Below are positions 11,900 to 25,450 of a DNA stretch of 64,000 nucleotides, piece by piece; within the stretch, counting starts at the first letter, position 1; each line of letters opens with the position of its first letter. The DNA comes from Eledone cirrhosa (taxonomy: Eukaryota). The notes under the pieces are model-generated. The model had not been told where the DNA came from and did no database searches. It saw nothing but the letters and a program-made list of their open reading frames with translations. Location of the stretch: assembly GCA_964016885.1 (NCBI GenBank), contig OZ024764.1, forward strand, positions 18,972,001 through 19,036,000, written 5' to 3'. Position numbers and translations under genes: made by a program.

Positions 11900-14800
11900 T
11901 AGAGTGGTCAGGTAGGTATCATGACAAAAAGTACCCAGTCCACACTGTAAAGTCGTCATGTAGGTATCATGACAAAAAGTACCCAGTCCACACTGTAAAG
12001 TGGTAATGTAGGTGTCACAAAAAAAAACAACACACAGTCCACACTGTAAAGTGGTCATGTAGGTGTCACGACAAAAAGTACCCAGTCCACCTCTGTAAAG
12101 TGGTCATGTAGGTGTCACAACAAAAAGTACCCAGTCCACACTGTAAAGTGGTCATGTAGGTGTCATAACAAAAAGTACCCAGTCCACACTGTAGAGTGGT
12201 CATGTAGGTGTCACAACAAAAAGTACCCATTCCACCCTGTAAAGTGGTCATATATGTGTCACAACAAAAAGTACCCAGTCCACCCTGTAAAGTGGTCATG
12301 TATGTGTCACAACAAAAAGTACCCAGTCCACACTGTAAAGTGGTCATGTATGTGTCACAACAAAATTACCCAGTCCACACTGTAAAGTGGTCATGTAGGT
12401 GTCACAACAAAAAGTACCCAGTCCACACTGTAAAGTGGTCATGTAGGTGTCATAACAAAAAGTACCCAGTCCACACTATAAAGTGGTCAGGTAGGTGTCA
12501 CAACAAAAAGTACCCAGTCCACACTGTAAAGTGGTCATGTAGGTGTCACAACAAAAAGTACCCAGTCCACACTGTAAAGTGGTCATGTAGGTGTCATAAC
12601 AAAAAGTACCCAGTCCACACTGTAAAGTGGTCAGGTAGGTGTCACAACAAAAAGTACCCAGTCCACACTGTAAAGTGGTCATGTAGGGTCACAACAAAAA
12701 GTACCCAGTCCACACTGTAAAGTGGTCATGTATGTGTCACAACAAAAAGTACCCAGTCCACACTGTAAAGTGGTCATGTAGGTGTTACAACAAAAAGTAC
12801 CCAGTCCACACTGTAAAGTGGTCATGTAGGTGTCATAACAAAAAGTACCCAGTCCACACTGTAGAGTGGTAAGGTAGATGTCATGACAAAAAGTACCCAG
12901 TCCACACTGTAAAGTGGTCATGTAGGTGTCACAACAAAAAGTACCCAGTCCACACTGTAAAGTGGTCATGTAGGTGTCATAACAAAAAGTACCCAGTCCA
13001 CACTATAAAGTGGTCAGGTAGGTGTCACAACAAAAAGTACCCAGTCCACACTGTAAAGTGGTCATGTAGGTGTCACAACAAAAAGTACCCAGTCCACACT
13101 GTAAAGTGGTCATGTAGGTGTCACAACAAAAAGTACCCAGTCCACACTGTAAAGTTGTCATGTAGGTGTCACAACAAAAAGTACCCAGTCCACCCTGTAA
13201 AGTGGTCATATATGTGTCACAACAAAAGGTACCCAGTCCACCCTGTAAAGTGGTCATGTATGTGTCACAACAAAAAGTACCCAGTCCACACTGTAAAGTG
13301 GTCATGTATGTGTCACAACAAAAAGTACCCAGTCCACACTGTAAAGTGGTCATGTAGGTGTCACAACAAAAAGTACCCAGTCCACACTGTAAAGTGGTCA
13401 TGTAGGTGTCACAACAAAAGGTACACAGTCCACACTGTAAAGTGGTCATGTAGGTGTCACAACAAAAAGTACCCAGTCCACACTGTAAAGTGGTCATGTA
13501 GGTGTCACAACAAAAAGTACCCAGTCCACACTGTAAAGTGGTCATGTATGTGTCACAACAAAAAGTACCCAGTCCACACTGTAAAGTGGTCATGTAGGTG
13601 TCACAACAAAAAGTACCCAGTCCACACTGTAAAGTGGTCATGTAGGTGTCATAACAAAAAGTACCCAGTCCACACTGTAGAGTGGTAAGGTAGATGTCAT
13701 GACAAAAAGTACCCAGTCCACACTGTAAAGTGGTCATGTAGGTGTCACAACAAAAAGTACCCAGTCCACACTGTAAAGTGGTCATGTAGGTGTCATAACA
13801 AAAAGTACCCAGTCCACACTGTAAAGTGGTCAGGTAGGTGTCACAACAAAAAGTACCCAGTCCACACTGTAAAGTGGTCATGTAGGTGTCACAACAAAAA
13901 GTACCAAGTCCACACTGTAGAGTGGTCAGGTAGATATCATGACAAAAAGTACCCAGTCCACACTGTAAAGTGGTCATGTAGGTATCATGACAAAAAGTAC
14001 CCAGTCCACACTGTAAAGTGGTAATGTAGGTGTCACAAAAAAAAACAACACCCAGTCCACACTGTAAAGTGGTCATGTAGGTGTCACGACAAAAAGTACC
14101 CAGTCCACCTCTGTAAAGTGGTCATGTAGGTGTCACAACAAAATATACCCAGTCCACACTGTAAAGTGGTCATGTAGGTGTCACAACAAAAAGTACCCAG
14201 TCCACACTGTAAAGTGGTCATGTAGGTGTCACAACAAAAAGTACCCAGTCCACACTGTAAAGTGGTCATGTAGGTGTCACAACAAAAAGTACCCAGTCCA
14301 CACTGTAAAGTGGTCATGTAGGTGTCACAACAAAAAGTACCCAGTCCACACTGTAAAGTGGTCATGTAGGTGTCACAACAAAAAGTACCCAGTCCACCCT
14401 GTAAAGTGGTCATATATGTGTCACAACAAATATTACCCAGTCCACCCTGTAAAGTGGTCATGTATGTGTCACAACAAAAAGTACCCAGTCCACACTGTAA
14501 AGTGGTCATGTATGTGTCACAACAAAAAGTACCCAGTCCACACTGTAACGTGGTCATGTAGGTGTCACAACAAAAAGTACCCAGTCCACACTGTAAAGTG
14601 GTCATGTAGGTGTCATAACAAAAAGTACCCAGTCCACACTGTAGAGTGGTCAGGTAGGTATCATGACAAAAAGTACCCAGTCCACACTGTAAAGTGGTCA
14701 TGTAGGTGTCACAACAAAAAGTACCCAGTCCACACTGTAAAGTGGTCATGTACGTGTCATAACAAAAAGTACCCAGTCCACACTGTAAAGTGGTCAGGTA

Positions 14801-17300
14801 GGTGTCACAACAAAAAGTACCCAGTCCACACTGTAAAGTGGTCATGTAGGTGTCACAACAAAAAGTACCCAGTCCACACTGTAAAGTGGTCATGTAGGTG
14901 TCATAACAAAAAGTACCCAGTCCACACTGTAAAGTGGGCAGGTAGGTGTCACAACAAAAAGTACCCAGTCCACACTGTAAAGTGGTCATGTAGGTGTCAC
15001 AACAAAAAGTACCCAGTCCACACTGTAAAGTGGTCATGTATGTGTCACAACAAAAAGTACCCAGTCCACACTGTAAAGTGGTCATGTAGGTGTCATAACA
15101 AAAAGTACCCAGTCCACACTGTAAAGTGGTCAGGTAGGTGTCATAACAAAAAGTACCCAGTCCACACTGTAAAGTGGTCAGGTAGGTGTCATAACAAAAA
15201 GTACCCAGTCCACACTGTAAAGTGGTCATGTAGGTGTCATAACAAAAAGTACCCAGTCCACACTGTAAAGTGGTCAGGTAGGTGTCACAACAAAAAGTAC
15301 CCAGTCCACACTGTAAAGTGGTCATGTAGGTGTCATAACAAAAAGTACCCAGTCCACACTGTAAAGTGGTCAGGTAGGTGGCACAACAAAAAGTACCCAG
15401 TCCACACTGTAAAGTGGTCATGTAGGTGTCACAACAAAAAGTACCAAGTCCACACTGTAGAGTGGTCAGGTAGGTATCATGACAAAAAGTACCCAGTCCA
15501 CACTGTAAAGTGGTCATGTAGGTGTCATAACAAAAAGTACCCAGTCCACACTGTAAAGTGGTCAGGTAGGTGGCACAACAAAAAGTACCCAGTCCACACT
15601 GTAAAGTGGTCATGTAGGTGTCACAACAAAAAGTACCAAGTCCACACTGTAGAGTGGTCAGGTAGGTATCATGACAAAAAGTACCCAGTCCACACTGTAA
15701 AGTCGTCATGTAGGTATCATGACAAAAAGTACCCAGTCCACACTGTAAAGTGGTAATGTAGGTGTCACAAAAAAAAACAACACACAGTCCACACTGTAAA
15801 GTGGTCATGTAGGTGTCACGACAAAAAGTACCCAGTCCACCTCTGTAAAGTGGTCATGTAGGTGTCACAACAAAAAGTACCCAGTCCACACTGTAAAGTG
15901 GTCATGTAGGTGTCATAACAAAAAGTACCCAGTCCACACTGTAGAGTGGTCATGTAGGTGTCACAACAAAAAGTACCCATTCCACCCTGTAAAGTGGTCA
16001 TATATGTGTCACAACAAAAAGTACCCAGTCCACCCTGTAAAGTGGTCATGTATGTGTCACAACAAAAAGTACCCAGTCCACACTGTAAAGTGGTCATGTA
16101 TGTGTCACAACAAAATTACCCAGTCCACACTGTAAAGTGGTCATGTAGGTGTCACAACAAAAAGTACCCAGTCCACACTGTAAAGTGGTCATGTAGGTGT
16201 CATAACAAAAAGTACCCAGTCCACACTATAAAGTGGTCAGGTAGGTGTCACAACAAAAAGTACCCAGTCCACACTGTAAAGTGGTCATGTAGGTGTCACA
16301 ACAAAAAGTACCCAGTCCACACTGTAAAGTGGTCATGTAGGTGTCATAACAAAAAGTACCCAGTCCACACTGTAAAGTGGTCAGGTAGGTGTCACAACAA
16401 AAAGTACCCAGTCCACACTGTAAAGTGGTCATGTAGGGTCACAACAAAAAGTACCCAGTCCACACTGTAAAGTGGTCATGTATGTGTCACAACAAAAAGT
16501 ACCCAGTCCACACTGTAAAGTGGTCATGTAGGTGTTACAACAAAAAGTACCCAGTCCACACTGTAAAGTGGTCATGTAGGTGTCATAACAAAAAGTACCC
16601 AGTCCACACTGTAGAGTGGTAAGGTAGATGTCATGACAAAAAGTACCCAGTCCACACTGTAAAGTGGTCATGTAGGTGTCACAACAAAAAGTACCCAGTC
16701 CACACTGTAAAGTGGTCATGTAGGTGTCATAACAAAAAGTACCCAGTCCACACTATAAAGTGGTCAGGTAGGTGTCACAACAAAAAGTACCCAGTCCACA
16801 CTGTAAAGTGGTCATGTAGGTGTCACAACAAAAAGTACCCAGTCCACACTGTAAAGTGGTCATGTAGGTGTCACAACAAAAAGTACCCAGTCCACACTGT
16901 AAAGTTGTCATGTAGGTGTCACAACAAAAAGTACCCAGTCCACCCTGTAAAGTGGTCATATATGTGTCACAACAAAAGGTACCCAGTCCACCCTGTAAAG
17001 TGGTCATGTATGTGTCACAACAAAAAGTACCCAGTCCACACTGTAAAGTGGTCATGTATGTGTCACAACAAAAAGTACCCAGTCCACACTGTAAAGTGGT
17101 CATGTAGGTGTCACAACAAAAAGTACCCAGTCCACACTGTAAAGTGGTCATGTAGGTGTCACAACAAAAGGTACACAGTCCACACTGTAAAGTGGTCATG
17201 TAGGTGTCACAACAAAAAGTACCCAGTCCACACTGTAAAGTGGTCATGTAGGTGTCACAACAAAAAGTACCCAGTCCACACTGTAAAGTGGTCATGTAGG
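11900..17300. repeat. Block duplication, offset 3750 bp (78 monomers, net +6 bp indels): ~11.9-13.5 kb copied at ~15.65-17.3 kb
   Basis: Rare markers are shared at +3750: AAGTCGTC 11950/15700, AACACACAG 12029/15779, CCCATTCC 12226/15976, GTAGGGTCAC 12683/16433, AAGTTGTC 13152/16902. ORF pairs 12066/15816, 12208/15958 and 12679/16429 are identical. Confidence 0.93.
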
Positions 17301-17999
17301 TGTCACAACAAAAAGTACCCAGTCCACCCTGTAAAGTGGTCATGTATGTGTCACAACAAAAAGTACCCAGTCCACACTGTAAAGTGGTCATGTATGTGTC
17401 ACAACAAAATTACCCAGTCCACACTGTAAAGTGGTCATGTAGGTGTCACAACAAAAAGTACCCAGTCCACACTGTAAAGTGGTCATGTAGGTGTCACAAC
17501 AAAAAGTACCCAGTCCACACTGTAAAGTGGTCATGTATGTGTCACAACAAAATTACCCAGTCCACACTGTAAAGTGGTCATGTAGGTGTCACAACAAAAA
17601 GTACCCAGTCCACACTGTAAAGTGGTCATGTATGTGTCACAACAAAATTACCCAGTCCACACTGTAAAGTGGTCATGTAGGTGTCACAACAAAAAGTACC
17701 CAGTCCACACTGTAAAGTGGTCATGTAGGTGTCACAACAAAAAGTACCCAGTCCACACTGTAAAGTGGTCATGTATGTGTCATAACAAAAAGTACACAGT
17801 CCACACTGTAGAGTGGTCAGGTAGGTATCATGACAAAAAGTACCCAGTCCACACTGTAAAGTGGTCATGTAGGTGTCACAACAAAAAGTACCCAGTCCAC
17901 ACTGTAAAGTGGTCATGTAGGTGTCATAACAAAAAGTACCCAGTCCACACTGTAAAGTGGTCATGTAGGTGTCACAACAAAAAGTACCCAGTCCACACT

Positions 18000-20900
18000 G
18001 TAAAGTGGTCATGTAGGTGTCATAACAAAAAGTACCCAGTCCACACTATAAAGTGGTCAGGTAGGTGTCACAACAAAAAGTACCCAGTCCACACTGCAAA
18101 GTGGTCATGTAGGTGTCACAACAAAAAGTACCCAGTCCACACTGTAAAGTGGTCATGTAGGTGTCATAACAAAAAGTACCCAGTCCACACTGTAAAGTGG
18201 TCAGGTAGGTGTCACAACAAAAAGTACCCAGTCCACACTGTAAAGTGGTCATGTAGGTGTCACAACAAAAAGTACCCAGTCCACACTGTAAAGTGGTCAT
18301 GTATGTGTCACAACAAAAAGTACCCAGTCCACACTGTAAAGTGGTCATGTAGGTGTCACAACAAAAAGTACCCAGTCCACACTGTAAAGTGGTCATGTAG
18401 GTGCCATAACAAAAAGTACCCAGTCCACACTGTAGAGTGGTAAGGTAGATGTCATGACAAAAAGTACCCAGTCCACACTGTAAAGTGGTCATGTAGGTGT
18501 CACAACAAAAAGTACCCAGTCCACACTGTAAAGTGGTCATGTAGGTGTCATAACAAAAAGTACCCAGTCCACACTGTAAAGTGGTCAGGTAGGTGTCACA
18601 ACAAAAAGTACCCAGTCCACACTGTAAAGTGGTCATGTAGGTGTCACAACAAAAAGTACCCAGTCCACACTGTAAAGTGGTCATGTAGGTGTCATAACAA
18701 AAAGTACCCAGTCCACACTGTAAAGTGGTCAGGTAGGTGTCACAACAAAAAGTACCCAGTCCACACTGTAAAGTGGTCATGTAGGTGTCACAACAAAAAG
18801 TACCAAGTCCACACTGTAGAGTGGTCAGGTAGATATCATGACAAAAAGTACCCAGTCCACACTGTAAAGTGGTCATGTAGGTATCATGACAAAAAGTACC
18901 CAGTCCACACTGTAAAGTGGTAATGTAGGTGTCACAAAAAAAAACAACACCCAGTCCACACTGTAAAGTGGTCATGTAGGTGTCACGACAAAAAGTACCC
19001 AGTCCACCTCTGTAAAGTGGTCATGTAGGTGTCACAACAAAATATACCCAGTCCACACTGTAAAGTGGTCATGTAGGTGTCACAACAAAAAGTACCCAGT
19101 CCACACTGTAAAGTGGTCATGTAGGTGTCACAACAAAAAGTACCCAGTCCACACTGTAAAGTGGTCATGTAGGTGTCACAACAAAAAGTACCCAGTCCAC
19201 ACTGTAAAGTGGTCATGTAGGTGTCACAACAAAAAGTACCCAGTCCACACTGTAAAGTGGTCATGTAGGTGTCACAACAAAAAGTACCCAGTCCACCCTG
19301 TAAAGTGGTCATATATGTGTCACAACAAAAATTACCCAGTCCACCCTGTAAAGTGGTCATGTATGTGTCACAACAAAAAGTACCCAGTCCACACTGTAAA
19401 GTGGTCATGTATGTGTCACAACAAAAAGTACCCAGTCCACACTGTAACGTGGTCATGTAGGTGTCACAACAAAAAGTACCCAGTCCACACTGTAAAGTGG
19501 TCATGTAGGTGTCATAACAAAAAGTACCCAGTCCACACTGTAGAGTGGTCAGGTAGGTATCATGACAAAAAGTACCCAGTCCACACTGTAAAGTGGTCAT
19601 GTACGTGTCATAACAAAAAGTACCCAGTCCACACTGTAAAGTGGTCAGGTAGGTGTCACAACAAAAAGTACCCAGTCCACACTGTAAAGTGGTCATGTAG
19701 GTGTCACAACAAAAGGTACCCAGTCCACACTGTAAAGTGGTCATGTAGGTGTCATAACAAAAAGTACCCAGTCCACACTGTAAAGTGGGCAGGTAGGTGT
19801 CACAACAAAAAGTACCCAGTCCACACTGTAAAGTGGTCATGTAGGTGTCACAACAAAAAGTACCCAGTCCACACTGTAAAGTGGTCATGTATGTGTCACA
19901 ACAAAAAGTACCCAGTCCACACTGTAAAGTGGTCATGTAGGTGTCACAACAAAAAGTACCCAGTCCACACTGTAAAGTGGTCATGTAGGTGTCATAACAA
20001 AAAGTACCCAGTCCACACTGTAGAGTGGTCAGGTAGGTATCATGACAAAAAGTACCCAGTCCACACTGTAAAGTGGTCATGTAGGTGTCACAACAAAAAG
20101 TACCCAGTCCACACTGTAAAGTGGTCATGTAGGTGTCATAACAAAAAGTACCCAGTCCACACTGTAAAGTGGTCAGGTAGGTGTCACAACAAAAAGTACC
20201 CAGTCCACACTGTAAAGTGGTCATGTAGGTGTCATAACAAAAAGTACCCAGTCCACACTGTAAAGTGGTCAGGTAGGTGGCACAACAAAAAGTACCCAGT
20301 CCACACTGTAAAGTGGTCATGTAGGTGTCACAACAAAAAGTACCAAGTCCACACTGTAGAGTGGTCAGGTAGGTATCATGACAAAAAGTACCCAGTCCAC
20401 ACTGTAAAGTCGTCATGTAGGTATCATGACAAAAAGTACCCAGTCCACACTGTAAAGTGGTAATGTAGGTGTCACAAAAAAAAACAACACCCAGTCCACA
20501 CTGTAAAGTGGTCATGTAGGTGTCACGACAAAAAGTACCCAGTCCACCTCTGTAAAGTGGTCATGTAGGTGTCACAACAAAAAGTACCCAGTCCACACTG
20601 TAAAGTGGTCATGTAGGTGTCATAACAAAAAGTACCCAGTCCACACTGTAGAGTGGTCATGTAGGTGTCACAACAAAAAGTACCCAGTCCACCCTGTAAA
20701 GTGGTCATATATGTGTCACAACAAAAAGTACCCAGTCCACCCTGTAAAGTGGTCATGTATGTGTCACAACAAAAAGTACCCAGTCCACACTGTAAAGTGG
20801 TCATGTATGTGTCACAACAAAATTACCCAGTCCACACTGTAAAGTGGTCATGTAGGTGTCACAACAAAAAGTACCCAGTCCACACTGTAAAGTGGTCATG

Positions 20901-23900
20901 TAGGTGTCATAACAAAAAGTACCCAGTCCACACTGTAGAGTGGTCAGGTAGGTATCATGACAAAAAGTACCCAGTCCACACTGTAAAGTGGTCATGTAGG
21001 TGTCATAACAAAAAGTACCCAGTCCACACTATAAAGTGGTCAGGTAGGTGTCACAACAAAAAGTACCCAGTCCACACTGTAAAGTGGTCATGTAGGTGTC
21101 ACAACAAAAAGTACCCAGTCCACACTGTAAAGTGGTCATGTAGGTGTCATAACAAAAAGTACCCAGTCCACACTGTAAAGTGGTCAGGTAGGTGTCACAA
21201 CAAAAAGTACCCAGTCCACACTGTAAAGTGGTCATGTAGGTGTCACAACAAAAAGTACCCAGTCCACACTGTAAAGTGGTCATGTATGTGTCACAACAAA
21301 AAGTACCCAGTCCACACTGTAAAGTGGTCATGTAGGTGTTACAACAAAAAGTACCCAGTCCACACTGTAAAGTGGTCATGTAGGTGTCATAACAAAAAGT
21401 ACCCAGTCCACACTGTAGAGTGGTAAGGTAGATGTCATGACAAAAAGTACCCAGTCCACACTGTAAAGTGGTCATGTAGGTGTCACAACAAAAAGTACCC
21501 AGTCCACACTGTAAAGTGGTCATGTAGGTGTCATAACAAAAAGTACCCAGCCCACACTGTAAAGTGGTCAGGTAGGTGTCACAACAAAAAGTACCCAGTC
21601 CACACTGTAAAGTGGTCATGTAGGTGTCACAACAAAAAGTACCCAGTCCACACTGTAAAGTGGTCATGTAGGTGTCATAACAAAAAGTACCCAGTCCACA
21701 CTGTAAAGTGGTCAGGTAGGTGTCACAACAAAAAGTACCCAGTCCACACTGTAAAGTGGTCATGTAGGTGTCACAACAAAAAGTACCAAGTCCACACTGT
21801 AGAGTGGTCAGGTAGGTATCATGACAAAAAGTACCCAGTCCACACTGTAAAGTGGTCATGTAGGTATCACGACAAAAAGTACCCAGTCCACACTGTAAAG
21901 TGGTAATGTAGGTGTCACAAAAAAAAACAACACCCAGTCCACACTGTAAAGTGGTCATGTAGGTGTCACGACAAAAAGTACCCAGTCCACCTCTGTAAAG
22001 TGGTCATGTAGGTGTCACAACAAAATATACCCAGTCCACACTGTAAAGTGGTCATGTAGGTGTCACAACAAAAAGTACCCAGTCCACACTGTAAAGTGGT
22101 CATGTAGGTGTCACAACAAAAAGTACCCAGTCCACACTGTAAAGTGGTCATGTAGGTGTCAATACAAAAAGTACCCAGTCCACACTGTAAAGTGGTCATG
22201 TAGGTGTCACAACAAAAAGTACCCAGTCCACACTGTAAAGTGGTCATGTAGGTGTCACAACAAAAAGTACCCAGTCCACCCTGTAAAGTGGTCATATATG
22301 TGTCACAACAAAAATTACCCAGTCCACCCTGTAAAGTGGTCATGTATGTGTCACAACAAAAAGTACCCAGTCCACACTGTAAAGTGGTCATGTATGTGTC
22401 ACAACAAAAAGTACCCAGTCCACACTGTAAAGTGGTCATGTAGGTGTCACAACAAAAAGTACCCAGTCCACACTGTAAAGTGGTCATGTAGGTGTCATAA
22501 CAAAAAGTACCCAGTCCACACTGTAGAGTGGTCAGGTAGGTATCATGACAAAAAGTACCCAGTCCACACTGTAAAGTGGTCATGTAGGTGTCACAACAAA
22601 AAGTACCCAGTCCACACTGTAAAGTGGTCATGTAGGTGTCATAACAAAAAGTACCCAGTCCACACTGTAAAGTGGTCAGGTATGTGTCACAACAAAAAGT
22701 ACCCAGTCCACACTGTAAAGTGGTCATGTAGGTGTCACAACAAAAAGTACCCAGTCCACACTGTAAAGTGGTCATGTAGGTGTCATAACAAAGAGTACCC
22801 AGTCCACACTGTAAAGTGGGCAGGTAGGTGTCACAACAAAAAGTACCCAGTCCACACTGTAAAGTGGTCATGTAGGTGTCACAACAAAAAGTACCCAGTC
22901 CACACTGTAAAGTGGTCATGTATGTGTCACAACAAAAAGTACCCAGTCCACACTGTAAAGTGGTCATGTAGGTGTCACAACAAAAAGTACCCAGTCCACA
23001 CTGTAAAGTGGTCATGTAGGTGTCATAACAAAAAGTACCCAGTCCACACTGTAGAGTGGTCAGGTAGGTATCATGACAAAAAGTACCCAGTCCACACTGT
23101 AAAGTGGTCATGTAGGTGTCACAACAAAAGGTACCCAGTCCACACTGTAAAGTGGTCATGTAGGTGTCATAACAAAAAGTACCCAGTCCACACTGTAAAG
23201 TGGTCAGGTAGGTGTCACAACAAAAAGTACCCAGTCCACACTGTAAAGTGGTCATGTAGGTGTCATAACAAAAAGTACCCAGTCCACACTGTAAAGTGGT
23301 CATGTAGGTGTCACAACAAAAAGTACCAAGTCCACACTGTAGAGTGGTCAGGTAGGTATCATGACAAAAATTACCCAGTCCACCCTGTAAAGTGGTCATA
23401 TATGTGTCACAACAAAAAGTACCCAGTCCACCCTGTAAAGTGGTCATGTATGTGTCACAACAAAAAGTACCCAGTCCACACTGTAAAGTGGTCATGTATG
23501 TGTCACAACAAAATTACCCAGTCCACACTGTAAAGTGGTCATGTAGGTGTCACAACAAAAAGTACCCAGTCCACACTGTAAAGTGGTCATGTAGGTGTCA
23601 TAACAAAAAGTACCCAGTCCACACTGTAGAGTGGTCAGGTAGGTATCATGACAAAAAGTACCCAGTCCACACTGTAAAGTGGTCATGTAGGTGTCACAAC
23701 AAAAAGTACCCAGTCCACACTGTAAAGTGGTCATGTAGGTGTCATAACAAAAAGTACCCAGTCCACACTATAAAGTGGTCAGGTAGGTGTCACAACAAAA
23801 AGTACCCAGTCCACACTGTAAAGTGGTTATGTAGGTGTCACAACAAAAAGTACCCAGTCCACACTGTAAAGTGGTCATGTAGGTGTCATAACAAAAAGTA

Positions 23901-25450
23901 CCCACTCCACACTGTAAAGTGGTCAGGTAGGTGTCACAACAAAAAGTACCCAGTCCACACTGTAAAGTGGTCATGTAGGTGTCACAACAAAAAGTACCCA
24001 GTCCACACTGTAAAGTGGTCATGTATGTGTCACAACAAAAAGTACCCAGTCCACACTGTAAAGTGGTCATGTAGGTGTTACAACAAAACGTACCCAGTCC
24101 ACACTGTAAAGTGGTCATGTAGGTGTCATAACAAAAAGTACCCAGTCCACACTGTAGAGTGGTAAGGTAGATGTCATGACAAAAAGTACCCAGTCCACAC
24201 TGTAAAGTGGTCATGTAGGTGTCACAACAAAAAGTACCCAGTCCACACTGTAAAGTGGTCATGTAAGTGTCATAACAAAAAGTACCCAGTCCACACTGTA
24301 AAGTGGTCAGGTAGGTGTCACAACAAAAAGTACCCAGTCCACACTGTAAAGTGGTCATGTAGGTGTCACAACAAAAAGTACCCAGTCCACACTGTAAAGT
24401 GGTCATGTAGGTGTCATAACAAAAAGTACCCAGTCCACACTGTAAAGTGGTCAGGTAGGTGTCACAACAAAAAGTACCCAGTCCACACTGTAAAGTGGTC
24501 ATGTAGGTGTCACAACAAAAAGTACCAAGTCCACACTGTAGAGTGGTCAGGTAGGTATCATGACAAAAAGTACCCAGTCCACACTGTAAAGTGGTCATGT
24601 AGGTATCACGACAAAAAGTACCCAGTCCACACTGTAAAGTGGTAATGTAGGTGTCACAAAAAAAAACAACACCCAGTCCACACTGTAAAGTGGTCATGTA
24701 GGTGTCACGACAAAAAGTACCCAGTCCACCTCTGTAAAGTGGTCATGTAGGTGTCACAACAAAATATACCCAGTCCACACTGTAAAGTGGTCATGTAGGT
24801 GTCACAACAAAAAGTACCCAGTCCACACTGTAAAGTGGTCATGTAGGTGTCACAACAAAAAGTACCCAGTCCACACTGTAAAGTGGTCATGTAGGTGTCA
24901 CAACAAAAAGTACCCAGTCCACACTGTAAAGTGGTCATGTAGGTGTCACAACAAAAAGTACCCAGTCCACACTGTAAAGTGGTCATGTAGGTGTCACAAC
25001 AAAAAGTACCCAGTCCACCCTGTGAAGTGGTCATATATGTGTCACAACAAAAATTACCCAGTCCACCCTGTAAAGTGGTCATGTATGTGTCACAACAAAA
25101 AGTACCCAGTCCACACTGTAAAGTGGTCATGTATGTGTCACAACAAAAAGTACCCAGTCCACACTGTAAAGTGGTCATGTAGGTGTCACAACAAAAAGTA
25201 CCCAGTCCACACTGTAAAGTGGTCATGTAGGTGTCATAACAAAAAGTACCCAGTCCACACTGTAGAGTGGTCAGGTAGGTATCATGACAAAAAGTACCCA
25301 GTCCACACTGTAAAGTGGTCATGTAGGTGTCACAACAAAAAGTACCCAGTCCACACTGTAAAGTGGTCATGTAGGTGTCATAACAAAAAGTACCCAGTCC
25401 ACACTGTAAAGTGGTCAGGTAGGTGTCACAACAAAAAGTACCCAGTCCAC
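18000..25450. repeat. Three successive related ~2.7-3.0 kb higher-order units (offsets 2983 and 2739 bp)
   Basis: Near-identical 309-aa minus ORFs lie at 18046, 21029 and 23768, followed by ORFs at 18983/21966/24705 and 19269/22252/24991. The marker order is the same each time: CACTATA, GTAAGGTAGATG, 51-bp monomer, 49-bp monomer, AAAATATAC. Confidence 0.85.
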
